DNA of 32,000 nucleotides from Synechococcus elongatus PCC 6301. Its GTDB lineage: Bacteria; Cyanobacteriota; Cyanobacteriia; Synechococcales; Synechococcaceae. The DNA lies in assembly GCF_000010065.1 (NCBI RefSeq), contig NC_006576.1, forward strand, positions 1,350,001 through 1,382,000, written 5' to 3'. Positions 8,511 through 18,100 of this stretch are shown in pieces. Below the pieces are notes generated by a model, which was not told where the DNA came from, searched no databases, and saw only the letters and a program-made list of their open reading frames with translations. The translations under genes and the position numbers were made by a program. How positions within the stretch are numbered: the stretch's first letter is position 1; every line of letters starts with the position of its first letter.

Positions 8511-9266
8511 CTAGGTCAAGCGACCAAAGCGGCGTTGGCGACTTTGGAAATCGCGCAGGGCTAGGTAAAACTCGTAGCGATCGAAATCAGGCCAGAGTGT
8601 ATCGGTCACGTAGATTTCGGCATAGGCCAGTTGCCAGAGCAAGAAATTGCTCAGCCGTTTTTCGCCACTGGTTCGAATCAGGAGATCGGGATCGGTGACG
8701 CCGGCAGTGTAGAGATGACTGGAGAGGAGCGACTCGTCAATGGCATCGATCGCCAACTGGCCTTGCTGCACTTGGGCCGCAATCTCACGACAGGCTTTGA
8801 GGAGTTCTTGACGGCCGCCGTAGTTTGTCGCGACCGTGAAGCGAATTCCGTCATTTTGGGCTGTCGCTGAGGTCGCGCGATCGATTTCTCGTTGCAGCGA
8901 TGTCGGTAGATTCTCGAGGTCACCGACAAACCGAATGCGAACGTTTTCAGCCATTAACTCTTGAAGTTCGCGGCGCAAGACCCGCTCAAACAGAGTCATG
9001 AGAAAGTCAACCTCTTCGTGAGGTCTACCCCAGTTTTCTGTTGAGAATGCGTAGGCAGTCAGGGCGCCAATACCCCAGTCATCGCAACAGCGCAACAGCT
9101 GCTTGAGGGAGTCAACCCCGCGCCGGTGACCCATAATTCGTGGCAAGCCACGCTGCTTGGCCCAACGACCATTGCCGTCCATAATCACCGCGACGTGGCT
9201 AGGCAGGCGATCGGGGAGTAGGTCGGGCGGGCGCTGACGTAAATCGCAATTAGAGACAGAGGTCAT
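8511..9266 (-). CDS. uppS: Isoprenyl transferase (undecaprenyl diphosphate synthase)
   Basis: [38 protein letters not shown] and [35 protein letters not shown]. Confidence 0.96.
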   Translation of the reverse strand: MTSVSNCDLRQRPPDLLPDRLPSHVAVIMDGNGRWAKQRGLPRIMGHRRGVDSLKQLLRCCDDWGIGALTAYAFSTENWGRPHEEVDFLMTLFERVLRRELQELMAENVRIRFVGDLENLPTSLQREIDRATSATAQNDGIRFTVATNYGGRQELLKACREIAAQVQQGQLAIDAIDESLLSSHLYTAGVTDPDLLIRTSGEKRLSNFLLWQLAYAEIYVTDTLWPDFDRYEFYLALRDFQSRQRRFGRLT

Positions 9267-10183
9267 GGACGACCTCGGCGGGAACCCAAGAGATTGAGGT
9301 GTCGTAGAACCGAACGACTAGAGCTGTAAAGGTAGCGAGAGAGCGATCGCAAATCAGGAGCAATGACCTCCCGCTGGGCAGCAAGCGACATGCGCTCTTC
9401 CAACAATGCCTTGAGTTTACTACTAGTCAGCGGGCGATTCAGGATTCCTTGTTCTGCCAGCGAAATTGAACCCGTTTCTTCAGAAACCACGATGCAAATA
9501 CATTGATTCAGCCGCTCGGTAATTCCTAAAGCTGCACGGTGTCGCGTGCCCAGTCGTCGTGAAATAACCTGTTCTGACAAGGGCAGAATCACTCCTGCTG
9601 CAACCACCCGATTCTCGGAAATCAAGACTGCACCGTCATGGAGCTGTGTGCTGGTTTGAAAAATGGACTGGAGCAGCTCACTTGACACTTCGGCGTTGAG
9701 GCGCACCCCCAGAGAATTCACATCGCGATCATCGATGCTGGAGCCAGTCTCAATGACGATCAGGGCGCCAGTACGATTCTGGGAGAGTTCTTTGACAGCT
9801 TCAATAATCTCCTCAGCTACACCGCCAGCCCGAGGTTGCGATCGCGCATTCGGGCGGAATAACGCCGCAACTTCCCCCCGTCCTAACTGCTCCAAAAAGC
9901 GCCGGAATTCTGACTGCAGCAAGACTGCCATGGCTACAGCCGAGCCAATGACTAAGTTGTTGAGAACAAAGTTGAGCAGGGTGAGGTTGAGTCGACTGCT
10001 GATAGCCGCTGCCAACATTAGTACGATGAAGCCCCGCACCATCCAAAGGGTACGCCGCTCTCCGATCAACACCAAGATGACGTAGAAGAGGATGAGGACG
10101 AGGCTGATATCCAAGGCATTGCGCAGCAGCAGGCCGGAGCCGCTGCTAAGCCATGTTCCTGTCTGCGTCAGCCAGTCTCCCAT
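9263..10183 (-). CDS. cdaA: Diadenylate cyclase (c-di-AMP synthase), CdaA type
   Basis: N-terminal hydrophobic helices followed by a DAC domain: [20 protein letters not shown] (DGA motif), [11 protein letters not shown] (RHR motif). Confidence 0.93.
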   Translation of the reverse strand: MGDWLTQTGTWLSSGSGLLLRNALDISLVLILFYVILVLIGERRTLWMVRGFIVLMLAAAISSRLNLTLLNFVLNNLVIGSAVAMAVLLQSEFRRFLEQLGRGEVAALFRPNARSQPRAGGVAEEIIEAVKELSQNRTGALIVIETGSSIDDRDVNSLGVRLNAEVSSELLQSIFQTSTQLHDGAVLISENRVVAAGVILPLSEQVISRRLGTRHRAALGITERLNQCICIVVSEETGSISLAEQGILNRPLTSSKLKALLEERMSLAAQREVIAPDLRSLSRYLYSSSRSVLRHLNLLGSRRGRP

Positions 10184-10262
10184 GCCCTTGCACCGTGAAT
10201 CTGCCCACCTGGGAGCTTGGCCCAGGGGTGATCGAAGTCAGCTGCGGCGCCAAATCTGTCGC

Positions 10263-11657
10263 CTAGGCTTGCAGCCCTACTGGTAACCGATCCTGTCGCA
10301 ACAAGTCTTGCAGAGACTCCCGCGCCAGAATGATTTGGGCTTCGCCATTGTTCACCAAAACTGCAGCGGGTCGCGCAATGCGGTTGTAATTCGAAGCCAT
10401 GCTGTAGTTGTAAGCCCCCGTCGCCAGCACGACGAGAATATCGCCGGGTTGACTGGGAGCCAACTCTGCGTCCTTGAGCAGGACATCACCAGACTCACAA
10501 TGCTTGCCAGCCACCGTCACGGTTTCGCGATCGCTCACGTTGAGGCGGTTGGCGATCACCGCTCGGTAAGTCGACTGGTAGGTGATTGGTCGAGGGTTGT
10601 CGGACATGCCGCCATCGACAGCCAGGTAAGTGCGGATTCCTGGTACTTCTTTGCGGCTGCCAATTTGGTAGGCCGTAACGCAGGCGGTACCAATTAGCGA
10701 TCGCCCTGGCTCACAGATCAACTTGGGCAACGGCAGGTCTGCGGCTTGGCAAGCTGCGACCAGACTTTCGCTCACCTGCCGCACCCATTCATCAATGCTT
10801 GGGGGATCATCCGACTCGGTGTAGCGAATTCCCAGACCCCCGCCCACGTTTAACTCAGCGATCGGCAAGCCCAAAGCCAGCGCTTTGGCATAGGCCCCGA
10901 CCAACACACCCGCCAAATCGGCATGGGGCTGGAGTTCAAAAATTTGCGAGCCGATGTGGGCATGCAGGCCAATGCAGCGGAGATAGGGCTGATCGACCAA
11001 GGCGGCTAGCAGCGCATCCAGCTGATCGGGATCGAAGCCAAACTTACTGTCAAGGTGCCCCGTCCGAATGTATTCGTGGGTGTGGCACTCAATGCCCGGC
11101 GTGAAGCGGATCATCACCCGCACTTCCCGCTGCTGCTCAGCGGCGATCGCCTCAAGGTTGCGCAGTTCTTGCCAGTTATCAACGACGATCGTGCAACCCG
11201 CTTCTACACCCATCGCCAATTCGCTCAGGGATTTGTTGTTGCCGTGGAAGTAGAGGCGATCGCTCGGGACACCTGCTTGCAGGGCCGTGTAGAGTTCACC
11301 TGCCGACACTACATCAATGCCCAGACCTTCCTGAGCAACCAAAGCGCAAACCGCTAGGCAATTCCAGGCCTTCGAGGCGTAGATCGGCAGGGCAGCACCG
11401 GGATAATGGTGCGCCAGCGCAGAACGATAGGATTGACAAGCGGCACGCAGCGTTTGCTCATCGAGGATATAGAGCGGAGAGCCATAGCGTTCCACCAAAT
11501 CTGAGACGCGGCAGCCACCCACTTCGAGCTGACCGTCTGCCGTCACACTCGCTGTCAACGGAAACAGATTTTGGTTGGGGGAGTTGGAGGGGCGATCGGT
11601 CCCAAACAAAGCCGGATACTGAGGATTTAACGAGGGCGCAGCTGGAGTGGAAACCAT
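10263..11657 (-). CDS. lysA: Diaminopimelate decarboxylase
   Basis: SPLYILDEQTLR, YASKAWNCLAV (PLP Lys), GLHAHIGSQI, LNVGGGLGI, EPGRSL and CESGDVL motifs. Confidence 0.96.
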   Translation of the reverse strand: MVSTPAAPSLNPQYPALFGTDRPSNSPNQNLFPLTASVTADGQLEVGGCRVSDLVERYGSPLYILDEQTLRAACQSYRSALAHHYPGAALPIYASKAWNCLAVCALVAQEGLGIDVVSAGELYTALQAGVPSDRLYFHGNNKSLSELAMGVEAGCTIVVDNWQELRNLEAIAAEQQREVRVMIRFTPGIECHTHEYIRTGHLDSKFGFDPDQLDALLAALVDQPYLRCIGLHAHIGSQIFELQPHADLAGVLVGAYAKALALGLPIAELNVGGGLGIRYTESDDPPSIDEWVRQVSESLVAACQAADLPLPKLICEPGRSLIGTACVTAYQIGSRKEVPGIRTYLAVDGGMSDNPRPITYQSTYRAVIANRLNVSDRETVTVAGKHCESGDVLLKDAELAPSQPGDILVVLATGAYNYSMASNYNRIARPAAVLVNNGEAQIILARESLQDLLRQDRLPVGLQA

Positions 11658-11704
11658 CGGACGCGTCCAAGACCTATATATATGTAAGTTGCCTGTCTTT
11701 ATCA

Positions 11705-12304
11705 GTGTACGATCCTGCGCCGCTCTGCCTCAGCCCGCTGGCCCTCGATCAGGTCGAGGCGGCCCGTCACTTGGATGAGCAGACCCTTGGCGGCTTTTGG
11801 GCGATCGAAGCTGACCGGCGGGAGGTTGAGAGCGACCCCAGTGATCTCTTGGGGCTCTGGCAGGGAGCCCACTTGATCGGCTTGGGTTGTAGCTGGACGA
11901 TCGTCGATGAAGCTCACATCACCTTGCTGGCGATCGCCCCCTCCCACCAGCAGCAAGGGCTGGGCGGTTTCTTATTGTTGGCGTTACTGCAAGCGGCGAT
12001 TCGTCGAGATATGGCTTGGGCGACATTGGAAGTGCGAGTCTCTAATCAAGTCGCGATCGCGCTTTACCAAAGCTTGGGTTTTCAAGAGGTCGGTCAGCGC
12101 CCCAGCTATTACGCCGATACTGGCGAAGCTGCTCGGATTCTCTGGTTGAAAGGCCTGAGAGAAAACTCCGTGCAAGAGGCGATCGCCCAGCAGTGGAAAG
12201 CACGGCAACAGCGTCTGAATCGGCAGGGTTGGCAGCTACAACTACCGATGCAGTTGGCTACAGCTTGCACCGAAGATCCCGACCCTTTAGCCACCACTGG
12301 CTAA
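11705..12304 (+). CDS. rimI: GNAT acetyltransferase, RimI-like
   Basis: ITLLAIAPSHQQQGLGGFLLLALLQAA...LEVRVSNQVAIALYQSLGFQEVGQRPSYYADTGEAARILW. Initiates at GTG 11705. Confidence 0.85.
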   Translation: MYDPAPLCLSPLALDQVEAARHLDEQTLGGFWAIEADRREVESDPSDLLGLWQGAHLIGLGCSWTIVDEAHITLLAIAPSHQQQGLGGFLLLALLQAAIRRDMAWATLEVRVSNQVAIALYQSLGFQEVGQRPSYYADTGEAARILWLKGLRENSVQEAIAQQWKARQQRLNRQGWQLQLPMQLATACTEDPDPLATTG

Positions 12305-12409
12305 CCCTAGAAACAAGAGGTGTGGATCACCGACCCAAACCGAAGAGCGATCGCGCCAAACCCCTATGCTGGAGCGGGTTTTGAGCATTCCGGCCCAATC
12401 AAATGCCTG

Positions 12410-12418
12410 TGCTAGAAT
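12410..12418 (+). promoter_or_regulatory. Putative extended -10 promoter (TGCTAGAAT) for clpC
   Basis: TGnTAnAAT match about 30 nt upstream of the clpC ATG. No convincing -35 box. Confidence 0.4.
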
Positions 12419-12447
12419 CGGCCTACCGGCACGCAGGCAGGGAAGCT

Positions 12448-14922
12448 ATGTTTGAACGCTTTACCGAGAAAGCCATTAAGGTCATCATGCTGGCTCAGGA
12501 GGAAGCGCGTCGCCTGGGTCATAACTTCGTCGGCACCGAGCAAATTTTGCTAGGCCTCATCGGTGAAGGCACCGGCGTTGCCGCCAAAGTTTTGAAATCG
12601 ATGGGTGTCAACCTTAAGGATGCTCGCATCGAGGTTGAAAAAATCATTGGCCGTGGCTCGGGTTTTGTCGCCGCTGAGATTCCGTTTACTCCTCGCGCCA
12701 AGCGAGTCCTGGAACTCTCACTGGAAGAAGCGCGGCAACTGGGCCACAACTACATCGGCACTGAGCACCTCTTGCTTGGACTGATTCGGGAAGGTGAAGG
12801 CGTTGCGGCCCGTGTTCTCGAAAACTTGGGCGTTGATCTTTCAAAAGTACGGACCCAAGTCATCCGCATGCTCGGCGAGACGGCTGAAGTCTCAACGGGT
12901 GGCGGTCAAGGTCGCACCAAAACGCCAACCTTGGATGAATTTGGCTCCAATCTGACCCAGCAGGCTGCCGACGGCAAGCTGGATCCGGTGGTGGGTCGCC
13001 AAAAAGAAATTGAGCGGGTGATCCAAATTCTCGGCCGCCGCACCAAGAATAACCCTGTGCTGATTGGGGAACCGGGCGTCGGTAAAACTGCGATCGCGGA
13101 AGGCTTGGCCCAGCGCATTGCCACCGGCGATATTCCCGACATTCTGGAAGACAAGCGCGTTGTCACCCTTGATATTGGTCTGCTGGTTGCGGGCACCAAG
13201 TATCGCGGTGAGTTCGAAGAACGCCTCAAGAAAATCATGGACGAGATCCGCTCGGCGGGGGACGTCATCTTGGTGATTGACGAGGTTCACACCCTGATTG
13301 GTGCCGGCGCCGCTGAAGGTGCGATTGATGCGGCCAACATCCTCAAGCCAGCTTTGGCACGGGGTGAGCTGCAGTGCATCGGTGCAACCACACTGGATGA
13401 ATACCGCAAGCACATCGAGCGCGATGCCGCCCTAGAACGCCGCTTCCAGCCGGTGATGGTCGGTGAGCCCAGCGTCGATGACACGATCGAAATCCTGCGC
13501 GGTCTGCGTGAGCGCTACGAGCAGCACCACAAGCTAAAAATTGCCGATGAAGCGTTGGAAGCAGCTGCCAAGCTGGCCGATCGCTACATCAGCGATCGCT
13601 TCCTACCCGACAAGGCGATCGACTTAATCGACGAAGCGGGTTCGCGGGTTCGCCTGATGAACTCGCAACTGCCTCCGGCTGCTAAAGAGTTGGATAAAGA
13701 GCTGCGTCAAGTCCTTAAGGACAAAGATGACGCCGTTCGCTCCCAGGACTTTGATAAGGCTGGGGAACTGCGCGATCGCGAAATGGAAATCAAAACCCAA
13801 ATTCGCTCGATCGCTCAAAGCAAGAAGGCCGACGGTACCAGCAGCACGGATGATTCACCGATCGTCACCGAAGAGGACATCGCTCACATCGTTGCCTCTT
13901 GGACGGGCGTGCCGGTCAACAAGCTGACCGAGTCGGAATCGACCAAGCTGCTGAACATGGAGGAAACCCTCCACAGCCGCTTGATTGGTCAGGACGAAGC
14001 CGTGAAAGCGGTGTCGCGGGCCATCCGTCGTGCACGTGTCGGCCTGAAAAATCCCAACCGTCCGATCGCCAGCTTCATCTTTAGTGGTCCCACCGGCGTC
14101 GGTAAGACTGAGCTGACCAAAGCCTTGGCGGCCTACTTCTTCGGCAGCGAAGAAGCCATGATCCGGCTTGATATGTCGGAGTACATGGAGCGCCACACGG
14201 TCAGCAAGCTGATCGGTTCGCCTCCAGGCTACGTTGGCTACAACGAAGGCGGCCAACTAACCGAGGCCGTGCGTCGTCGTCCCTATACTGTCGTCTTGCT
14301 GGACGAGATCGAGAAAGCCCATCCCGATGTCCTCAACCTGCTCTTGCAGTTGCTCGAGGACGGTCGTCTGACTGATGCCAAAGGTCGGACCGTGGACTTC
14401 AAAAACACCCTGATCATTCTGACTTCGAACATTGGCTCGAAGGTGATTGAGAAAGGCGGCGGCGGTCTCGGGTTTGAATTCTCTGGTGTCGATGAGGCTG
14501 AAAACCAGTACAACCGCATTCGCTCCCTAGTGAATGAGGAACTGAAGCAATACTTCCGTCCTGAGTTTCTGAACCGTCTCGACGAAATCATCGTCTTCTG
14601 TCAGCTCAACAAGGAAGAAGTCAAAGAAATCGCCGACATCATGTTGCGCGAAGTCTTCGGTCGGATGCTCGAGAAAGGCATCAGCCTCTCAGTTACCGAG
14701 AAGTTCAAAGACCGCTTGGTGGAAGAGGGCTACAACCCCAGCTACGGGGCTCGTCCCCTCCGTCGGGCAATCATGCGCCTGCTCGAAGATTCCTTGGCGG
14801 AGGAGTTCCTCTCCGGCAAACTGCGGGAAGGTGACACCGCCGTCGTTGACATTGGTGAAGAGGGCAAGGTTCAAGTTCTTGCGCAAGAGAAGCGTGAGCT
14901 ACTGCCTCAAGCCGTTGACTAA
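12448..14922 (+). CDS. clpC: ATP-dependent Clp protease ATP-binding subunit ClpC
   Basis: [42 protein letters not shown]-domain repeat, two AAA+ Walker A motifs ([31 protein letters not shown]), UVR-like middle region. The ORF is open from 12403, but ATG 12448 is the family start. Confidence 0.97.
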   Translation: MFERFTEKAIKVIMLAQEEARRLGHNFVGTEQILLGLIGEGTGVAAKVLKSMGVNLKDARIEVEKIIGRGSGFVAAEIPFTPRAKRVLELSLEEARQLGHNYIGTEHLLLGLIREGEGVAARVLENLGVDLSKVRTQVIRMLGETAEVSTGGGQGRTKTPTLDEFGSNLTQQAADGKLDPVVGRQKEIERVIQILGRRTKNNPVLIGEPGVGKTAIAEGLAQRIATGDIPDILEDKRVVTLDIGLLVAGTKYRGEFEERLKKIMDEIRSAGDVILVIDEVHTLIGAGAAEGAIDAANILKPALARGELQCIGATTLDEYRKHIERDAALERRFQPVMVGEPSVDDTIEILRGLRERYEQHHKLKIADEALEAAAKLADRYISDRFLPDKAIDLIDEAGSRVRLMNSQLPPAAKELDKELRQVLKDKDDAVRSQDFDKAGELRDREMEIKTQIRSIAQSKKADGTSSTDDSPIVTEEDIAHIVASWTGVPVNKLTESESTKLLNMEETLHSRLIGQDEAVKAVSRAIRRARVGLKNPNRPIASFIFSGPTGVGKTELTKALAAYFFGSEEAMIRLDMSEYMERHTVSKLIGSPPGYVGYNEGGQLTEAVRRRPYTVVLLDEIEKAHPDVLNLLLQLLEDGRLTDAKGRTVDFKNTLIILTSNIGSKVIEKGGGGLGFEFSGVDEAENQYNRIRSLVNEELKQYFRPEFLNRLDEIIVFCQLNKEEVKEIADIMLREVFGRMLEKGISLSVTEKFKDRLVEEGYNPSYGARPLRRAIMRLLEDSLAEEFLSGKLREGDTAVVDIGEEGKVQVLAQEKRELLPQAVD

Positions 14923-14953
14923 GTCTGTGAAGTTGATCAGTTGTTGATTCACT

Positions 14954-14987
14954 AAGGTCTATCCAAAGTTCTGGATAGACCTTTTTT
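14954..14987 (+). terminator. Rho-independent-type terminator after clpC
   Basis: Perfect 12-bp stem AAGGTCTATCCA (14954-14965) / TGGATAGACCTT (14972-14983), 6-nt loop, followed by a T run. Confidence 0.88.
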
Positions 14988-15008
14988 CTGTGCGCAATCA
15001 GCGATCGC

Positions 15009-15041
15009 AAAAAACAACCTCTCCAAGCCGAGAGGTTGTTT
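15009..15041 (-). terminator. Rho-independent-type terminator for the minus-strand small gene
   Basis: 11-bp perfect stem 15012-15022 / 15031-15041 with 8-nt loop. The A run at 15009-15014 reads as a T run on the minus strand, just downstream of the stop at 15077. Confidence 0.82.
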
Positions 15042-15076
15042 GAGCTTCAATTGTTAGCAACACTCAGAGAATTGCT

Positions 15077-15409
15077 TTAGCGACGAACAACTTCACTGGC
15101 GATTTGGACAAAGGGATCAAGGCTTGGCCCCGGCAGACGACGACCCGTATTGATCGTTGGCACGCTGAGGTCAGCAGCAAAGGTGACGTTAGGAATTTCT
15201 TTGGCTGGCGTCTCCTCTGCCACAGGTTCGGGGGCAGGAGTAGCAGCGGGTTCAGGCGTCGCTACTCCTGCTGCTGCAGTCGGTGTTTCTACAGCTGCTG
15301 CAACCGGAGTAACGGCGGTTTCCACAGCAGCAGTTTCGGTGCTGGCAGCACTTGAATCAATTTCAAGAAAGAATTTTTCTTTTTTGCCGAATAGTTTGTC
15401 GAGGACCAT
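15077..15409 (-). CDS. Conserved cyanobacterial hypothetical protein with Ala/Pro/Thr/Val-rich linker
   Basis: MVLDKLFGKKEKFFLEID N-terminus, low-complexity middle, and IPNVTFAADLSVPTINTGRRLPGPSLDPFVQIASEVVRR C-terminus. The ORF is open to 15430, but ATG 15409 fits the conserved-looking start. Confidence 0.8.
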   Translation of the reverse strand: MVLDKLFGKKEKFFLEIDSSAASTETAAVETAVTPVAAAVETPTAAAGVATPEPAATPAPEPVAEETPAKEIPNVTFAADLSVPTINTGRRLPGPSLDPFVQIASEVVRR

Positions 15410-15452
15410 AGAACTTTCTGCTCCTGTCAATTGATCACTGCCACGCAGCCTG

Positions 15453-15482
15453 ATTATCGAACCCGCGATCGCGTCGCTTCAA
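15453..15482 (-). promoter_or_regulatory. Putative promoter for the 15077..15409 gene
   Basis: Minus strand TTGAAG, 18-nt spacer, GATAAT. Consensus match by eye only. Confidence 0.4.
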
Positions 15483-15498
15483 GACTCTTATCAGTTTC

Positions 15499-15516
15499 GT
15501 TACATCTGTTTACATC
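15499..15516 (+). promoter_or_regulatory. HLR1-like direct repeat (possible RpaB-binding site)
   Basis: GTTACATC-TG-TTTACATC: two 8-bp repeats separated by 2 nt, close to the published HLR1 consensus (G/T)TTACA(T/A)(T/A)NN(G/T)TTACA(T/A)(T/A). Confidence 0.5.
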
Positions 15517-15548
15517 TAGACTAAAGAGCTATCAAGGGAGTTAAACAC

Positions 15549-15989
15549 CTAAGCGCCAGTGGAATCCCCAACTAGGGCAAAGTCTTGAGCGCCAAAAATT
15601 GCCTCCGGGTGCCGATAGAACTTAAATTCCAGCAAGTTGTGGAAGGGATCTTCAAGGAAAAAAGTCCGGTGTTCTAACAAGCTGTCAGGGAAGCGCAACC
15701 GTGCCGGTTGATAAAAGCTGAGATTCTGCTGCTGGGCGCGATCGAGCAAGGCATCCCAATCCACTTCATCAGTAAAAACCAGCCCAAAGTGACGCGGATA
15801 AATGCCATTCTGTGGCGTCAGGGGCGATCGGCTCAGGTGAGCGACAATTTGGTGGCCTGCTAGATCCAAAATGAGCGAGGTCGGCGACCCTCGTCCGGCA
15901 CGACAGCCCAAACCCTGCACATAAAATTGCTTAGTCAGGGCAAGATCACTGACCGGAAATGCCAAGTGAAAAAGAGCGGCAGCCATCAT
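15549..15989 (-). CDS. VOC/glyoxalase-family protein
   Basis: LFHLAFPVSDLALTKQFYVQGLGCRAGR...RTFFLEDPFHNLLEFKFYRHPEAIFG. Confidence 0.87.
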   Translation of the reverse strand: MMAAALFHLAFPVSDLALTKQFYVQGLGCRAGRGSPTSLILDLAGHQIVAHLSRSPLTPQNGIYPRHFGLVFTDEVDWDALLDRAQQQNLSFYQPARLRFPDSLLEHRTFFLEDPFHNLLEFKFYRHPEAIFGAQDFALVGDSTGA

Positions 15990-16037
15990 CGGTTGCTGTC
16001 AAAGTTTTGCCCTTCATCCTAGCGATCGCCCCTAACC

Positions 16038-16787
16038 ATGACACTGCTTGAGACGGAACTCGACTGGCTGACTGCGATCGCAATCAACGGAGTATTACTG
16101 GCCTTCGGGCTGCGATCGCGGGCAAAATTACTGACCCGTGAAGGTTACCTCCATGCGGCATTTCTGGGCGTATTGATTTGGGGCAGCTTGCAGGCAGCGG
16201 GCTACATTTTGGTCCTGCTCTACCTAGGGATTGGCTCACTCTTGACCCGCTGGGGCAAAGCTCGCAAAGAGGCGGCCGGCATTGCGGAAGCAAGGGAAGG
16301 TAAGCGTGGCCCTGAAAATGTCTGGGGCTCTGCGTTGATCGGCACAGCAGCCGCACTTGCAGCTTGGTACTGGCAGGATTGGCCAGCGATCGCCGACTTA
16401 GCAAAACTCGCTTTCGTCGCTAGCTTCGCCACCAAGTTGGCGGATACAGCAGGGAGTGAAGTCGGCAAAGCCTTCGGCAAACGCACATTTTTGATCACAA
16501 CCCTACGACCAGTGCCAGCTGGAACCGAAGGCGCAGTCAGCTTAGAAGGAACTGTTGCAGGTTTGGTTGCAGCCCTAGTGATGGCTAGTTTTGGCTGGCT
16601 GTTTGGCCTGATCTCTACCACTGCGATTGCAATTTGTGTCCTCGCCGCCTTGATTGGCACCACGGCTGAAAGCTGGATTGGTGCGACCTTCCAAACCCGT
16701 TGGCAGTGGCTTAGTAATGAACTGGTCAACGTCATCAATACGCTGATTGGTGCGATCGCAGCCATGCTGCTGGACCTGCTGATTTAG
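16038..16787 (+). CDS. DUF92/VTE6-like membrane protein (possible phytyl-phosphate kinase)
   Basis: Multi-span hydrophobic protein with FVASFATKLADTAGSEVGKAFGKRTFLITTLRPVPAGTEGAVSLEGTVAG, characteristic of TIGR00297/DUF92. Confidence 0.82.
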   Translation: MTLLETELDWLTAIAINGVLLAFGLRSRAKLLTREGYLHAAFLGVLIWGSLQAAGYILVLLYLGIGSLLTRWGKARKEAAGIAEAREGKRGPENVWGSALIGTAAALAAWYWQDWPAIADLAKLAFVASFATKLADTAGSEVGKAFGKRTFLITTLRPVPAGTEGAVSLEGTVAGLVAALVMASFGWLFGLISTTAIAICVLAALIGTTAESWIGATFQTRWQWLSNELVNVINTLIGAIAAMLLDLLI

Positions 16788-17981
16788 CGACAGAAACGCT
16801 CAACGCAACGGAGAAACAGCTCAACGCCCAGTGCTAGTGCCGTCTCGTCGAAGTTAAAGCGGGGATGGTGATGCGGAAAATTCAAGCCGCGATCGAGGTT
16901 GGCGCTGCCCAAAAAGAAGTAGCAACCGGGCCACCTTTTGCAGGAAGTAGGACATGTCCTCTGCGCCCATCGTTTGGCAGTCGGGCACCACACCAAGAGG
17001 CGGTTCTAGGACTTCTTCCGCCACGCTACGAACTAGAACGGCGATCGCTGAATCATTGATCACTGCTGGATAGAGCTTGCGATAGTTCAGCTCGTAGGTG
17101 GCACCGTGACTATTGTAAACACCCGCCACGATCTGCTCAATTCGCTCCTGCAAAAAGCCCTGATAGCGATCGTCGAAGTAGCGAACAGTGCCTTTCAGTT
17201 GGGCGCGATCGGCGATGACGTTATAGGTCGTGCCTGCATGGAGTGAGCCGATCGTCACCACCGCTGAGTGGAGTGGGTCAACATTACGAGACACAATGCT
17301 CTGCAACAGCGTCACGATCTGCGAAGCCACCAACACGGCATCAATACAATTTTGGGGAATGGCGGCATGGCCACCGCGCCCTTGAATCGTCAGATCAAAC
17401 AACTCCACTGCTGCCATCAGTGGGCCACTGCGTACGCCGACTTTCCCGAGTGGCAAGTAATTCCAGAGATGGAGACCAATGATCGCATCTACAGCCGGAT
17501 TCTCCAGAACCCCTTCGGCAATCATTGGCGCGGCACCGCCGGGACCTTCTTCTGCTGGCTGAAAAATGATTTTGACGCGACCAGCAAAGTCGGAATTGGC
17601 CTGCAGACAAGCTGCTGTTCCTAGCGCGATCGCCACGTGGCCGTCGTGACCACAGGCATGCATCCGCCCATCAATTTCCGAGCGATAGGGAATCTCATTT
17701 GCTTCCAGAATTGGCAGCGCATCCATATCGGCTCGAATCGCCAGCGTCGGTCCCGATCGCTGCCCTGCAATTTCTGCAACGATGCCCGTGCCAGCAACTC
17801 CAGCTTGAAAGGAAACGCCCAGTTCCGTCAGTCGAGCAGCAATAAATGCTGCGGTCTCTTGCTCTTGAAACCCCAGCTCTGGCCGGCGATGCAATTGCTG
17901 TCGCCAGGCCACAATTTGCGCATGGCGATCGCGCACTGCGGGGCGAACCGTTTCCGGTAACTCCTGACTAAGCAGCAGCAT
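16784..17981 (-). pseudogene. M20-family amidohydrolase (N-acyl-L-amino acid/IAA-amino acid hydrolase-like), apparently frameshifted near the 3' end
   Basis: The long ORF from ATG 17981 carries WRQQLHRRPELGFQE, IRADMDALPI, MHACGHDGHVAI and FQPAEEGPGGA, then ends out of frame at 16854. The expected C-terminus (PGCYFFLGSAN...LNFPHHHPRFNFDETALALGVELFLRCVERF) lies in the adjacent frame down to 16784. This could be a real frameshift or a sequence error; the truncated ORF is 16854..17981. Confidence 0.8.
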
Positions 17982-18100
17982 GATGGTGAGCAGGCAAGGG
18001 CTTTGCCCCACGCTAGCACGGCAATCCCAAGGCTTTTCGAGTGTCTGACAGTGCGATCGGGGTTGGGTATGCTGCAGATAATCCCGGATGGCTAATTGGC

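Noticed and set aside
12892-13413. 173-aa minus-strand ORF antisense to clpC
   Set aside because: Covered by the clearly coding clpC AAA+ region; no family motifs.
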